Shown here: positions 36,501-52,107 of the stretch, one piece after another
Layout of the letters: the number at the start of each line of letters is the position of its first letter
Numbering within the stretch: position 1 is the first letter of the stretch
Assembly: GCA_964057225.1 (NCBI GenBank)
Contig: OZ059895.1
Location: 10,230,001-10,294,000 of the forward strand
DNA: 64,000 bases
DNA from: Auanema rhodensis
Taxonomy: Eukaryota; Animalia; Nematoda
Reading direction: 5' to 3'
Notes under the pieces: model-generated
What the model saw: the letters and a program-made list of their open reading frames with translations, nothing else
Told to the model about the DNA's origin: nothing
Database searches by the model: none
Translations under genes and position numbers: made by a program

Positions 36501-39500
36501 CAACTGTTTGATAATATAAACTAGGTTTTGTGAGCATATATCCATAGTAATCATGTTTTGCGGCGGGTTCAACTTGCTATTTCGTTTGATTTTTATGAAA
36601 AATTAAATATTCTAAAAATTTTATTTCTTGTCCTAGAAATACGTGCTACATCTCATTAAACTAAGAATTAGTTGATTGAGGAGGCAAAACAAATTTTGTT
36701 AGCACAGAACCATATTAATCATATTTTCCGGCGGGCTCAAGTTGCTATTTTGTTCGATTTTCATGAAAAAATAAAAATTTTAAAATGTTTATTTTTAGCC
36801 CTAGAAATACGTGCAACATCTTACTCAACTCAAAATCAACTGTTTGATAATATAAATTAGGTTTTGTGAGCATATATCCATAGTAATCATGTTTTGCGGC
36901 GGGTTCAACTTGCTATTTCGTTTGATTTTTATGAAAAATTAAATATTCTAAAAATTTTATTTCTTGTCCTAGAAATACGTGCTACATCTCATTAAACTAA
37001 GAATTAGTTGATTGAAAAGGCAAAACAAATTTTGTTAGCACAGAACCATATTAATCATATTTTCCGGCGGGCTCAAGTTGCTATTTTGTTCGATTTTCAT
37101 GAAAAAATAAAAATTTTAAAATGTTTATTTTTAGCCCTAGAAATACGTGCAACATCTTATTATCTAAGAGAATTTGAAAATTAAATAATTGAAAAAGTAA
37201 AACAGATTTTGTTAGCACAGAAACATATTAATCATATTTTAAGGCGGGCTCAAGTTGCTATTTTGTTCGATTTTCATGAAAAAATAAAAATTTTAAAATG
37301 TTTATTTTTAGCCCTAGAAATACGTGCAACATCTTACTCAACTCAAAATTAACTGTTTGATAATATAAATTAGGTTTTGTGAGCATATATCCATAGCAAT
37401 CATGTTTTGCGGCGGGTTCAACTTACTATTTCGTTTGATTTTTATGAAAAATTAAATATTCTAAAACTTTTATTTCTTGTCCTAGAAATACGTGCTACAT
37501 CTCATTAAACTAAGAATTAGTTGATTGAGGAGGCAAAACAAATTTTGTTAGCACAGAACCATATTAATCATATTTTCCGGCGGGCTCAAGTTGCTATTTT
37601 GTTCGATTTTCATGAAAAAATAAAAATTTTAAAATGTTTATTTTTAGCCCTAGAAATACGTGCAACATCTTACTCAACTCAAAATCAACTGTTTGATAAT
37701 ATAAATTAGGTTTTGTGAGCATATATCCATAGTAATCATGTTTTGCGGCGGGTTCAACTTGCTATTTCGTTTGATTTTTATGAAAAATTAAATATTCTAA
37801 AAATTTTATTTCTTGTCCTAGAAATACGTGCTACATCTCATTAAACTAAGAATTAGTTGATTGAAAAGGCAAAACAAATTTTGTTAGCACAGAACCATAT
37901 TAATCATATTTTCCGGCGGGCTCAAGTTGCTATTTTGTTCGATTTTCATGAAAAAATAAAAATTTTAAAATGTTTATTTTTAGCCCTAGAAATACGTGCA
38001 ACATCTTATTATCTAAGAGAATTTGAAAATTAAATAATTGAAAAAGTAAAACAGATTTTGTTAGCACAGAAACATATTAATCATATTTTAAGGCGGGCTC
38101 AAGTTGCTATTTTGTTCGATTTTCATGAAAAAATAAAAATTTTAAAATGTTTATTTTTAGCCCTAGAAATACGTGCAACATCTTACTCAACTCAAAATTA
38201 ACTGTTTGATAATATAAATTAGGTTTTGTGAGCATATATCCATAGCAATCATGTTTTGCGGCGGGTTCAACTTACTATTTCGTTTGATTTTTATGAAAAA
38301 TTAAATATTCTAAAACTTTTATTTCTTGTCCTAGAAATACGTGCTACATCTCATTAAACTAAGAATTAGTTGATTGAGGAGGCAAAACAAATTTTGTTAG
38401 CACAGAACCATATTAATCATATTTTCCGGCGGGCTCAAGTTGCTATTTTGCTCGATTTTCATGAAAAAATAAAAAATTTAAAATGTTTATTTTTAGCCCT
38501 AGAAATACGTGCAACATCTTACTCAACTCAAAATCAACTGTTTGATAATATAAATTAGGTTTTGTGAGCATATATCCATAGTAATCATGTTTTGCGGCGG
38601 GTTCAACTTACTATTTCGTTTGATTTTTATGAAAAATTAAATATTCTAAAACTTTTATTTCTTGTCCTAGAAATACGTGCTACACCTCTTTGAACTAAGA
38701 ATTAGTTGATTGAGGAGGCAAAACAAATTTTGTTAGCACAGAACCATATTAATCATATTTTCCGGCGGGCTCAAGTTGCTATTTTGTTCGATTTTCATGA
38801 AAAAATAAAAATTTTAAAATGTTTATTTTTAGCCCTAGAAATACGTGCAACATCTTACTCAACTCAAAATCAACTGTTTGATAATATAAATTAGGTTTTG
38901 TGAGCATATATCCATAGTAATCATTTTTTGCGGCGGGTTCAACTTGCTATTTCGTTTGATTTTTATGAAAAATTAAATATTCTAAAACTTTTATTTCTTG
39001 TCCTAGAAAAACGTGCTACATCTCATTAAACTAAGAATTAGTTGATTGAAAAGGCAAAACAAATTTTGTTAGCACAGAACCATATTAATCATATTTTCCG
39101 GCGGGCTCAAGTTGCTATTTTGTTCGATTTTCATGAAAAAATAAAAATTTTAAAATGTTTATTTTTAGCCCTAGAAATACGAGCAACATCTTATTACCTA
39201 AGAAAATTTGAAAATTAAATAATTGAAAAAGTAAAACAGATTTTGTTAGCACAGAAACATATTAATCATATTTTAAGGCGGGCTCAAGTTGCTATTTTGT
39301 TCGATTTTCATGAAAAAATAAAAATTTTAAAATGTTTATTTTTAGCCCTACAAATACGTGCAACATCTTACTCAACTCAAAATCAACTGTTTGATAATAT
39401 AAATTAGGTTTTGTGAGCATATATCCATAGTAATCATGTTTTGCGGCGGGTTCAACTTGCTATTTCGTTTGATTTTTATGAAAAATTAAATATTCTAAAA

Positions 39501-42215
39501 TTTTTATTTCTTGTCCTAGAAATACGTGCTACATCTCATTAAACTAAGAATTAGTTGATTGAAAAGGCAAAACAAATTTTGTTAGCACAGAACCATATTA
39601 ATCATATTTTCCGGCGGGCTCAAGTTGCTATTTTGTTCGATTTTCATGAAAAAATAAAAATTTTAAAATGTTTATTTTTAGCCCTAGAAATACGTGCAAC
39701 ATCTTATTATCTAAGAAAATTTGGAAATTAAATAATTGAAAAAGTAAAACAGATTTTGTTAGCACAGAAACATATTAATCATATTTTAAGGCGGGCTCAA
39801 GTTGCTATTTTGTTCGATTTTCATGAAAAAATAAAAATTTTAAAATGTTTATTTTTAGCCCTACAAATACGTGCAACATCTTACTCAACTCAAAATCAAC
39901 TGTTTGATAATATAAATTAGGTTTTGTGAGCATATATCCATAGTAATCATGTTTTGCGGCGGGTTCAACTTGCTATTTCGTTTGATTTTTATGAAAAATT
40001 AAATATTCTAAAATTTTTATTTCTTGTCCTAGAAATACGTGCTACATCTCATTAAACTAAGAATTAGTTGATTGAAAAGGCAAAACAAATTTTGTTAGCA
40101 CAGAACCATATTAATCATATTTTCCGGCGGGCTCAAGTTGCTATTTTGTTCGATTTTCATGAAAAAATAAAAATTTTAAAATGTTTATTTTTAGCCCTAG
40201 AAATACGTGCAACATCTTATTATCTAAGAAAATTTGGAAATTAAATAATTGAAAAAGTAAAACAGATTTTGTTAGCACAGAAACATATTAATCATATTTT
40301 AAGGCGGACTCAAGTTGCTATTTTGTTCGATTTTCATGAAAAAATAAAAATTTTAAAATGTTTATTTTTAGCCCTAGAAATACGTGCAACATCTTACTCA
40401 ACTCAAAATCAACTGTTTGATAATATAAATTAGGTTTTGTGAGCATATATCCATAGCAATCATGTTTTGCGGCGGGTTCAACTTGCTATTTCCTTTGATT
40501 TTTATGAAAAATTAAATATTCTAAAAATTTTATTTCTTGTCCTAGAAATACGTGCTACATCTCATTAAACTAAGAATTAGTTGATTGAGGAGGCAAAACA
40601 AATTTTGTTAGCACAGAACCATATTAATCATATTTTAAGGCGGGCTCAAGTTGCTATTTTGTTCGATTTTCATGAAAAAATAAAAATTTTAAAATGTTTA
40701 TTTTTAGCCCTAGAAATACGTGCAACATCTTACTCAACTCAAAATAAACTGTTTAATAATATAATTCAGGTTTTGTGAGCATATATCCATAGTAATCATG
40801 TTTTGCGGCGGGTTCAACTTCCTATTTCGTTTGATTTTTATGAAAAATTAAATATTCTAAAACTTTTATTTCTTGTCCTAGAAATACGTGCTACATCTCA
40901 TTAAACTAAGAATTAGTTGATTGAAAAGGCAAAACAAATTTTGTTAGCACAGAACCATATTAATCATATTTTCCGGCGGGCTCAAGTTGCTATTTTGTTC
41001 GATTTTCATGAAAAAATAAAAATTTTAAAATGTTTATTTTTAGCCCTAGAAATACGTGCAACATCTTATTATCTAAGAGAATTTGAAAATTAAATAATTG
41101 AAAAAGTAAAACAGATTTTGTTAGCACAGAAACATATTAATCATATTTTATGGCGGGCTCAAGTTGCTATTTTGTTCGATTTTCATGAAAAAATAAAAAT
41201 TTTAAAATGTTTATTTTTAGCCCTAGAAATACGTGCAACATCTTATTATCTAAGAGAATTTGAAAATTAAATAATTGAAAAAGTAAAACAGATTTTGTTA
41301 GCACAGAAACATATTAATCATATTTTAAGGCGGGCTCAAGTTGCTATTTTGTTCGATTTTCTTAAAAAAATAAAAATTTTAAAATGTTTATTTTTTGCCA
41401 TAGAAATACGTGCAACATCTTACTCAACTCAAAATCAACTGTTTGATAATATAAACTAGGTTTTGTGAGCATATATCCATAGTAATCATGTTTTGCGGCG
41501 GGTTCAACTTGCTATTTCGTTTGATTTTTATGAAAAATTAAATATTCTAAAAATTTTATTTCTTGTCCTAGAAATACGTGCTACATCTCATTAAACTAAG
41601 AATTAGTTGATTGAAAAGGCCAAACAAATTTTGTTAGCACAGAACCATATTAATCATATTTTCCGGCGGGCTCAAGTTGCTATTTTGTTCGATTTTCATG
41701 AAAAAATAAAAATTTTAAAATGTTTATTTTTAGCCCTAGAAATACGTGCAACATCTTATTATCTAAGAGAATTTGAAAATTAAATAATTGAAAAAGTAAA
41801 ACAGATTTTGTTAGCACAGAAACATATTAATCATATTTTAAGGCGGGCTCAAGTTGCTATTTTGTTCGATTTTCATAAAAAAATAAAAATTTTAAAATGT
41901 TTATTTTTAGCCCTAGAAATACGTGCAACATCTTACTCAACTCAAAATCAACTGTTTGATAATATAAACTAGGTTTTGTGAGCATATATCCATAGTAATC
42001 ATGTTTTGCGGCGGGTTCAACTTGCTATTTCGTTTGATTTTTATGAAAAATTAAATATTCTAAAAATTTTATTTCTTGTCCTAGAAATACGTGCTACATC
42101 TCATTAAACTAAGAATTAGTTGATTGAGGAGGCAAAACAAATTTTGTTAGCACAGAACCATATTAATCATATTTTAAGGCGGGCTCAAGTTGCTATTTTG
42201 TTCGATTTTCATGAA

Positions 42216-42333
42216 TAACAAAATTTGTTTTACTTTTTTAATCAACTAATTCTCAGTTGAATGAGATGTAGCACGTACTTCTATGACAAGAAATAAATTT
42301 TTTAGAATATTTATTTTTTCATAAAAATCAAAC
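42216..42333 (-). repeat. 118-bp inverted satellite fragment (fold-back arm), copy 1
   Basis: TAACAAAATTTG...AAATCAAAC is the reverse complement of a B/A junction and pairs with 42348-42465. Confidence 0.95.
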
Positions 42334-45300
42334 CAACTTGCTATTTCGTTTGATTTTTATGAAAAATTAAATATTCTAAAAATTTTATTTCTTGTTCTAG
42401 AAATACGTGCTACATCTCATTAAACTAAGAATTAGTTGATTGAAAAGGCAAAACAAATTTTGTTAGCACAGAACCATATTAATCATATTTTCCGGCGGGC
42501 TCAAGTTGCTATTTTGTTCGATTTTCATGAAAAAATAAAAATTTTAAAATGTTTATTTTTAGCCCTAGAAATACGTGCAACATCTTACTCAACTCAAAAT
42601 CAACTGTTTAATAATATAATTCAGGTTTTGTGAGCATATATCCATAGTAATCATGTTTTGCGGCGGGTTCAACTTCCTATTTCGTTTGATTTTTATGAAA
42701 AATTAAATATTCTAAAACTTTTATTTCTTGTCCTAGAAATACGTGCAACATCTTATTATCTAAGAGAATTTGAAAATTAAATAATTGAAAAAGTAAAACA
42801 GATTTTGTTAGCACAGAAACATATTAATCATATTTTAAGGCGGGCTCAAGTTGCTATTTTGTTCAATTTTTATGAAAAATTAAAAGTTTTAAAATGTTTA
42901 TTTTTAGCCCTAAAAATACGTGCGTCATCTTAGTCAACTCAAAATCAACTGTTTAATAATATAATTTAGGTTTTGTGAGCATATATCCATAGTAATCATG
43001 TTTTGCGGCGGGTTCAACTTGCTATTTCGTTTGATTTTTATGAAAAATTAAATATTCTAAAACTTTTATTTCTTGTCCTAGAAATACGTGCTACATCTCA
43101 TTAAACTAAGAATTAGTTGATTGAGGAGGCAAAACAAATTTTGTTAGCACAGAACCATATTAATCATATTTTAAGGCGGGCTCAAGTTGCTATTTTGTTC
43201 GATTTTCATAGAAAAATAAAAGTTTTAAAATGTTTATTTTTAGCCCTAGAAATACGTGCAACATCTTACTCAACTCAAAATGAACTGTTTGATAATATAA
43301 ACTAGGTTTTGTGAGCATATATCCATAGTAATCATGTTTTGCGGCGGGTTCAACTTGCTATTTCGTTTGATTTTTATGAAAAATTAAATATTCTAAAAAT
43401 TTTATTTCTTGTTCTAGAAATACGTGCTACATCTCATTAAACTAAGAATTAGTTGATTGAAAAGGCAAAACAAATTTTGTTAGCACAGAACCATATTAAT
43501 CATATTTTCCGGCGGGCTCAAGTTGCTATTTTGTTCGATTTTCATGAAAAAATAAAAATTTTAAAATGTTTATTTTTAGCCCTAGAAATACGTGCAACAT
43601 CTTATTATCTAAGACAATTTGAAAATTAAATAATTGAAAAAGTAAAACAGATTTTGTTAGCACAGAAACATATTAATCATATTTTAAGGCGGGCTCAAGT
43701 TGCTATTTTGTTCGATTTTCATGAAAACATAAAAATTTTAAAATGTTTATTTTTAGCCCTAGAAATACGTGCAACATCTTACTCAACTCAAAATCAACTG
43801 TTTGATAATATAAATTAGGTTTTGTGAGCATATATCCATAGCAATCATGTTTTGCGGCGGGTTCAACTTGCTATTTCGTTTGATTTTTATGAAAAATTAA
43901 ATATTCTAAAAATTTTATTTCTTGTCCTAGAAATACGTGCTACATCTCATTAAACTAAGAATTAGTTGATTGAGGAGGCAAAACAAATTTTGTTAGCACA
44001 GAACCATATTAATCATATTTTAAGGCGGGCTCAAGTTGCTATTTTGTTCGATTTTCATGAAAAAATAAAAATTTTTAAATGTTTATTTTTAGCCCTAGAA
44101 ATACGTGCAACATCTTACTCAACTCAAAATCAACTGTTTAATAATATAATTTAGGTTTTGTGAGCATATATCCATAGTAATCATGTTTTGCGGCGGGTTC
44201 AACTTGCTATTTCGTTTGATTTTTATGAAAAATTAAATATTCTAAAAATTTTATTTCTTGTCCTAGAAATACGTGCTACATCTTATTAAACTAAGAATTA
44301 GTTGATTGAGGAGGCAAAACAAATTTTGTTAGCACAGAACCATATTAATCATATTTTAAGGCGGGCTCAAGTTGCTATTTTGTTCGATTTTCATGAAAAA
44401 ATAAAAATTTAAAAATGTTTATTTTTAGCCCTAGAAATACGTGCAACATCTTACTCAACTCAAAATCAACTGTTTAATAATATAATTTAGGTTTTGTGAG
44501 CATATATCCATAGTAATCATGTTTTGCGGCGGGTTCAACTTGCTATTTCGTTTGATTTTTATGAAAAATTAAATATTCTAAAACTTTTATTTCTTGTCCT
44601 AGAAATACGTGCTACATCTCATTAAACTAAGAATTAGTTGATTGAGGAGGCAAAACAAATTTTGTTAGCACAGAACCATATTAATCATATTTTAAGGAGG
44701 GCTCAAGTTGCTATTTTGTTCGATTTTCATGAAAAAATAAAAATTTAAAAATGTTTATTTTTAGCCCTAGAAATACGTGCAACATCTTACTCAACTCAAA
44801 ATCAACTGTTTAATAATATAATTTAGGTTTTGTGAGCATATATCCATAGTAATCATGTTTTGCGGCGGGTTCAACTTGCTATTTCGTTTGATTTTTATGA
44901 AAAATTAAATATTCTAAAACTTTTATTTCTTGTCCTAGAAATACGTGCTACATCTCATTAAACTAAGAATTAGTTGATTGAGGAGGCAAAACAAATTTTG
45001 TTAGCACAGAACCATATTAATCATATTTTCCGGCGGGCTCAAGTTGCTATTTTGTTCGATTTTCATGAAAAAATAAAAATTTTAAAATGTTTATTTTTAG
45101 CCCTAGAAATACGTGCAACATCTTATTATCTAAGAGAATTTGAAAATTAAATAATTGAAAAAGTAAAACAGATTTTGTTAGCACAGAAACATATTAATCA
45201 TATTTTAAGGCGGGCTCAAGTTGCTATTTTGTTCGATTTTCATAAAAAAATAAAAATTTTAAAATGTTTATTTTTAGCCCTAGAAATACGTGCAACATCT

Positions 45301-45582
45301 TACTCAACTCAAAATCAACTGTTTGATAATATAAACTAGGTTTTGTGAGCATATATCCATAGTAATCATGTTTTGCGGCGGGTTCAACTTGCTATTTCGT
45401 TTGATTTTTATGAAAAATTAAATATTCTAAAAATTTTATTTCTTGTCCTAGAAATACGTGCTACATCTCATTAAACTAAGAATTAGTTGATTGAGGAGGC
45501 AAAACAAATTTTGTTAGCACAGAACCATATTAATCATATTTTAAGGCGGGCTCAAGTTGCTATTTTGTTCGATTTTCATGAA

Positions 45583-45700
45583 TAACAAAATTTGTTTTAC
45601 TTTTTTAATCAACTAATTCTCAGTTGAATGAGATGTAGCACGTACTTCTATGACAAGAAATAAATTTTTTAGAATATTTATTTTTTCATAAAAATCAAAC
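45583..45700 (-). repeat. 118-bp inverted satellite fragment, copy 2
   Basis: Same sequence and junctions as 42216-42333. Confidence 0.95.
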
Positions 45701-48700
45701 CAACTTGCTATTTCGTTTGATTTTTATGAAAAATTAAATATTCTAAAAATTTTATTTCTTGTTCTAGAAATACGTGCTACATCTCATTAAACTAAGAATT
45801 AGTTGATTGAAAAGGCAAAACAAATTTTGTTAGCACAGAACCATATTAATCATATTTTCCGGCGGGCTCAAGTTGCTATTTTGTTCGATTTTCATGAAAA
45901 AATAAAAATTTTAAAATGTTTATTTTTAGCCCTAGAAATACGTGCAACATCTTACTCAACTCAAAATCAACTGTTTAATAATATAATTCAGGTTTTGTGA
46001 GCATATATCCATAGTAATCATGTTTTGCGGCGGGTTCAACTTCCTATTTCGTTTGATTTTTATGAAAAATTAAATATTCTAAAACTTTTATTTCTTGTCC
46101 TAGAAATACGTGCAACATCTTATTATCTAAGAGAATTTGAAAATTAAATAATTGAAAAAGTAAAACAGATTTTGTTAGCACAGAAACATATTAATCATAT
46201 TTTAAGGCGGGCTCAAGTTGCTATTTTGTTCAATTTTTATGAAAAATTAAAAGTTTTAAAATGTTTATTTTTAGCCCTAAAAATACGTGCGTCATCTTAG
46301 TCAACTCAAAATCAACTGTTTAATAATATAATTTAGGTTTTGTGAGCATATATCCATAGTAATCATGTTTTGCGGCGGGTTCAACTTGCTATTTCGTTTG
46401 ATTTTTATGAAAAATTAAATATTCTAAAACTTTTATTTCTTGTCCTAGAAATACGTGCTACATCTCATTAAACTAAGAATTAGTTGATTGAGGAGGCAAA
46501 ACAAATTTTGTTAGCACAGAACCATATTAATCATATTTTAAGGCGGGCTCAAGTTGCTATTTTGTTCGATTTTCATAGAAAAATAAAAGTTTTAAAATGT
46601 TTATTTTTAGCCCTAGAAATACGTGCAACATCTTACTCAACTCAAAATGAACTGTTTGATAATATAAACTAGGTTTTGTGAGCATATATCCATAGTAATC
46701 ATGTTTTGCGGCGGGTTCAACTTGCTATTTCGTTTGATTTTTATGAAAAATTAAATATTCTAAAAATTTTATTTCTTGTTCTAGAAATACGTGCTACATC
46801 TCATTAAACTAAGAATTAGTTGATTGAAAAGGCAAAACAAATTTTGTTAGCACAGAACCATATTAATCATATTTTCCGGCGGGCTCAAGTTGCTATTTTG
46901 TTCGATTTTCATGAAAAAATAAAAATTTTAAAATGTTTATTTTTAGCCCTAGAAATACGTGCAACATCTTATTATCTAAGACAATTTGAAAATTAAATAA
47001 TTGAAAAAGTAAAACAGATTTTGTTAGCACAGAAACATATTAATCATATTTTAAGGCGGGCTCAAGTTGCTATTTTGTTCGATTTTCATGAAAACATAAA
47101 AATTTTAAAATGTTTATTTTTAGCCCTAGAAATACGTGCAACATCTTACTCAACTCAAAATCAACTGTTTGATAATATAAATTAGGTTTTGTGAGCATAT
47201 ATCCATAGCAATCATGTTTTGCGGCGGGTTCAACTTGCTATTTCGTTTGATTTTTATGAAAAATTAAATATTCTAAAAATTTTATTTCTTGTCCTAGAAA
47301 TACGTGCTACATCTCATTAAACTAAGAATTAGTTGATTGAGGAGGCAAAACAAATTTTGTTAGCACAGAACCATATTAATCATATTTTAAGGCGGGCTCA
47401 AGTTGCTATTTTGTTCGATTTTCATGAAAAAATAAAAATTTTTAAATGTTTATTTTTAGCCCTAGAAATACGTGCAACATCTTACTCAACTCAAAATCAA
47501 CTGTTTAATAATATAATTTAGGTTTTGTGAGCATATATCCATAGTAATCATGTTTTGCGGCGGGTTCAACTTGCTATTTCGTTTGATTTTTATGAAAAAT
47601 TAAATATTCTAAAAATTTTATTTCTTGTCCTAGAAATACGTGCTACATCTTATTAAACTAAGAATTAGTTGATTGAGGAGGCAAAACAAATTTTGTTAGC
47701 ACAGAACCATATTAATCATATTTTAAGGCGGGCTCAAGTTGCTATTTTGTTCGATTTTCATGAAAAAATAAAAATTTAAAAATGTTTATTTTTAGCCCTA
47801 GAAATACGTGCAACATCTTACTCAACTCAAAATCAACTGTTTAATAATATAATTTAGGTTTTGTGAGCATATATCCATAGTAATCATGTTTTGCGGCGGG
47901 TTCAACTTGCTATTTCGTTTGATTTTTATGAAAAATTAAATATTCTAAAACTTTTATTTCTTGTCCTAGAAATACGTGCTACATCTCATTAAACTAAGAA
48001 TTAGTTGATTGAGGAGGCAAAACAAATTTTGTTAGCACAGAACCATATTAATCATATTTTAAGGAGGGCTCAAGTTGCTATTTTGTTCGATTTTCATGAA
48101 AAAATAAAAATTTTAAAATGTTTATTTTTAGCCCTAGAAATACGTGCAACATCTTACTCAACTCAAAATCAACTGTTTGATAATATAAATTAGGTTTTGT
48201 GAGCATATATCCATAGTAATCATGTTTTGCGGCGGGTTCAACTTCCTATTTCGTTTGATTTTTATGAAAAATTAAATATTCTAAAACTTTTATTTCTTGT
48301 CCTAGAAAAACGTGCTACATCTCATTAAACTAAGAATTAGTTGATTGAAAAGGCAAAACAAATTTTGTTAGCACAGAACCATATTAATCATATTTTCCGG
48401 CGGGCTCAAGTTGCTATTTTGTTCGATTTTCATGAAAAAATAAAAATTTTAAAATGTTTATTTTTAGCCCTAGAAATACGTGCAACATCTTATTATCTAA
48501 GAAAATTTGAAAATTAAATAATTGAAAGAGTAAAACAGATTTTGTTAGCACAGAAACATATTAATCATATTTTAAGGCGGGCTCAAGTTGCTATTTTGTT
48601 CGATTTTCATAGAAAAATAAAAATTTTAAAATGTTTATTTTTAGCCCTAGAAATACGTGCAACATCTTACTCAACTCAAAATCAACTGTTTGATAATATA

Positions 48701-49975
48701 AACTAGGTTTTGTGAGCATATATCCATAGTAATCATGTTTTGCGGCGGGTTCAACTTGCTATTTCGTTTGATTTTTATGAAAAATTAAATATTCTAAAAA
48801 TTTTATTTCTTGTCCTAGAAATACGTGCTACATCTCATTAAACTAAGAATTAGTTGATTGAGGAGGCAAAACAAATTTTGTTAGCACAGAAACATATTAA
48901 TCATATTTTATGGCGGGCTCAAGTTGCTATTTTGTTCGATTTTCATGAAAAAATAAAAATTTTAAAATGTTTATTTTTAGCCCTAGAAATACGTGCAACA
49001 TCTTACTCAACTCAAAATCAACTGTTTGATAATATAAATTAGGTTTTGTGAGCATATATCCATAGTAATCATGTTTTGCGGCGGGTTCAACTTGCTATTT
49101 CGTTTGATTTTTATGAAAAATTAAATATTCTAAAAATTTTATTTCTTGTCCTAGAAATACGTGCTACATCTCATTAAACTAAGAATTAGTTGATTGAAAA
49201 GGCAAAACAAATTTTGTTAGCACAGAACCATATTAATCATATTTTCCGGCGGGCTCAAGTTGCTATTTTGTTCGATTTTCATGAAAAAATAAAAATTTTA
49301 AAATGTTTATTTTTAGCCCTAGAAATACGTGCAACATCTTATTATCTAAGAGAATTTGAAAATTAAATAATTGAAAAAGTAAAACAGATTTTGTTAGCAC
49401 AGAAACATATTAATCATATTTTAAGGCGGGCTCAAGTTGCTATTTTGTTCGATTTTCTTAAAAAAATAAAAATTTTAAAATGTTTATTTTTAGCCCTAGA
49501 AATACGTGCAACATCTTATTATCTAAGAGAATTTGAAAATTAAATAATTGAAAAAGTAAAACAGATTTTGTTAGCACAGAAACATATTAATCATATTTTA
49601 AGGCGGGCTCAAGTTGCTATTTTGTTCGATTTTCATAAAAAAATAAAAATTTTAAAATGTTTATTTTTAGCCCTAGAAATACGTGCAACATCTTACTCAA
49701 CTCAAAATCAACTGTTTGATAATATAAACTAGGTTTTGTGAGCATATATCCATAGTAATCATGTTTTGCGGCGGGTTCAACTTGCTATTTCGTTTGATTT
49801 TTATGAAAAATTAAATATTCTAAAAATTTTATTTCTTGTCCTAGAAATACGTGCTACATCTCATTAAACTAAGAATTAGTTGATTGAGGAGGCAAAACAA
49901 ATTTTGTTAGCACAGAACCATATTAATCATATTTTAAGGCGGGCTCAAGTTGCTATTTTGTTCGATTTTCATGAA

Positions 49976-50093
49976 TAACAAAATTTGTTTTACTTTTTTA
50001 ATCAACTAATTCTCAGTTGAATGAGATGTAGCACGTACTTCTATGACAAGAAATAAATTTTTTAGAATATTTATTTTTTCATAAAAATCAAAC
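49976..50093 (-). repeat. 118-bp inverted satellite fragment, copy 3
   Basis: Same sequence and junctions as 42216-42333. Confidence 0.95.
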
Positions 50094-51989
50094 CAACTTG
50101 CTATTTCGTTTGATTTTTATGAAAAATTAAATATTCTAAAAATTTTATTTCTTGTTCTAGAAATACGTGCTACATCTCATTAAACTAAGAATTAGTTGAT
50201 TGAAAAGGCAAAACAAATTTTGTTAGCACAGAACCATATTAATCATATTTTCCGGCGGGCTCAAGTTGCTATTTTGTTCGATTTTCATGAAAAAATAAAA
50301 ATTTTAAAATGTTTATTTTTAGCCCTAGAAATACGTGCAACATCTTACTCAACTCAAAATCAACTGTTTAATAATATAATTCAGGTTTTGTGAGCATATA
50401 TCCATAGTAATCATGTTTTGCGGCGGGTTCAACTTCCTATTTCGTTTGATTTTTATGAAAAATTAAATATTCTAAAACTTTTATTTCTTGTCCTAGAAAT
50501 ACGTGCTACATCTCATTAAACTAAGAATTAGTTGATTGAGGAGGCAAAACAAATTTTGTTAGCACAGAAACATATTAATCATATTTTATGGCGGGCTCAA
50601 GTTGCTATTTTGTTCGATTTTCATGAAAAAATAAAAATTTTAAAATGTTTATTTTTAGCCCTAGAAATACGTGCAACATCTTACTCAACTCAAAATCAAC
50701 TGTTTGATAATATAAATTAGGTTTTGTGAGCATATATCCATAGTAATCATGTTTTGCGGCGGGTTCAACTTGCTATTTCGTTTGATTTTTATGAAAAAAT
50801 AAATATTCTAAAAATTTTATTTCCTGTCCTAGAAATACGTGCTACATCTCATTAAACTAAGAATTAGTTGATTGAAAAGGCAAAACAAATTTTGTTAGCA
50901 CAGAACCATATTAATCATATTTTCCGGCGGGCTCAAGTTGCTATTTTGTTCGATTTTCATGAAAAAATAAAAATTTTAAAATGTTTATTTTTAGCCCTAG
51001 AAATACGTGCAACATCTTATTATCTAAGAGAATTTGAAAATTAAATAATTGAAAAAGTAAAACAGATTTTGTTAGCACAGAAACATATTAATCATATTTT
51101 AAGGCGGGCTCAAGTTGCTATTTTGTTCGATTTTCTTAAAAAAATAAAAATTTTAAAATGTTTATTTTTTGCCCTAGAAATACGTGCAACATCTTACTCA
51201 ACTCAAAATCAACTGTTTGATAATATAAACTAGGTTTTGTGAGCATATATCCATAGTAATCATGTTTTGCGGCGGGTTCAACTTGCTATTTCGTTTGATT
51301 TTTATGAAAAATTAAATATTCTAAAAATTTTATTTCTTGTCCTAGAAATACGTGCTACATCTCATTAAACTAAGAATTAGTTGATTGAAAAGGCCAAACA
51401 AATTTTGTTAGCACAGAACCATATTAATCATATTTTCCGGCGGGCTCAAGTTGCTATTTTGTTCGATTTTCATGAAAAAATAAAAATTTTAAAATGTTTA
51501 TTTTTAGCCCTAGAAATACGTGCAACATCTTATTATCTAAGAGAATTTGAAAATTAAATAATTGAAAAAGTAAAACAGATTTTGTTAGCACAGAAACATA
51601 TTAATCATATTTTAAGGCGGGCTCAAGTTGCTATTTTGTTCGATTTTCATAAAAAAATAAAAATTTTAAAATGTTTATTTTTAGCCCTAGAAATACGTGC
51701 AACATCTTACTCAACTCAAAATCAACTGTTTGATAATATAAACTAGGTTTTGTGAGCATATATCCATAGTAATCATGTTTTGCGGCGGGTTCAACTTGCT
51801 ATTTCGTTTGATTTTTATGAAAAATTAAATATTCTAAAAATTTTATTTCTTGTCCTAGAAATACGTGCTACATCTCATTAAACTAAGAATTAGTTGATTG
51901 AGGAGGCAAAACAAATTTTGTTAGCACAGAACCATATTAATCATATTTTAAGGCGGGCTCAAGTTGCTATTTTGTTCGATTTTCATGAA

Positions 51990-52107
51990 TAACAAAATTT
52001 GTTTTACTTTTTTAATCAACTAATTCTCAGTTGAATGAGATGTAGCACGTACTTCTATGACAAGAAATAAATTTTTTAGAATATTTATTTTTTCATAAAA
52101 ATCAAAC
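51990..52107 (-). repeat. 118-bp inverted satellite fragment, copy 4
   Basis: Same sequence and junctions as 42216-42333. Confidence 0.95.
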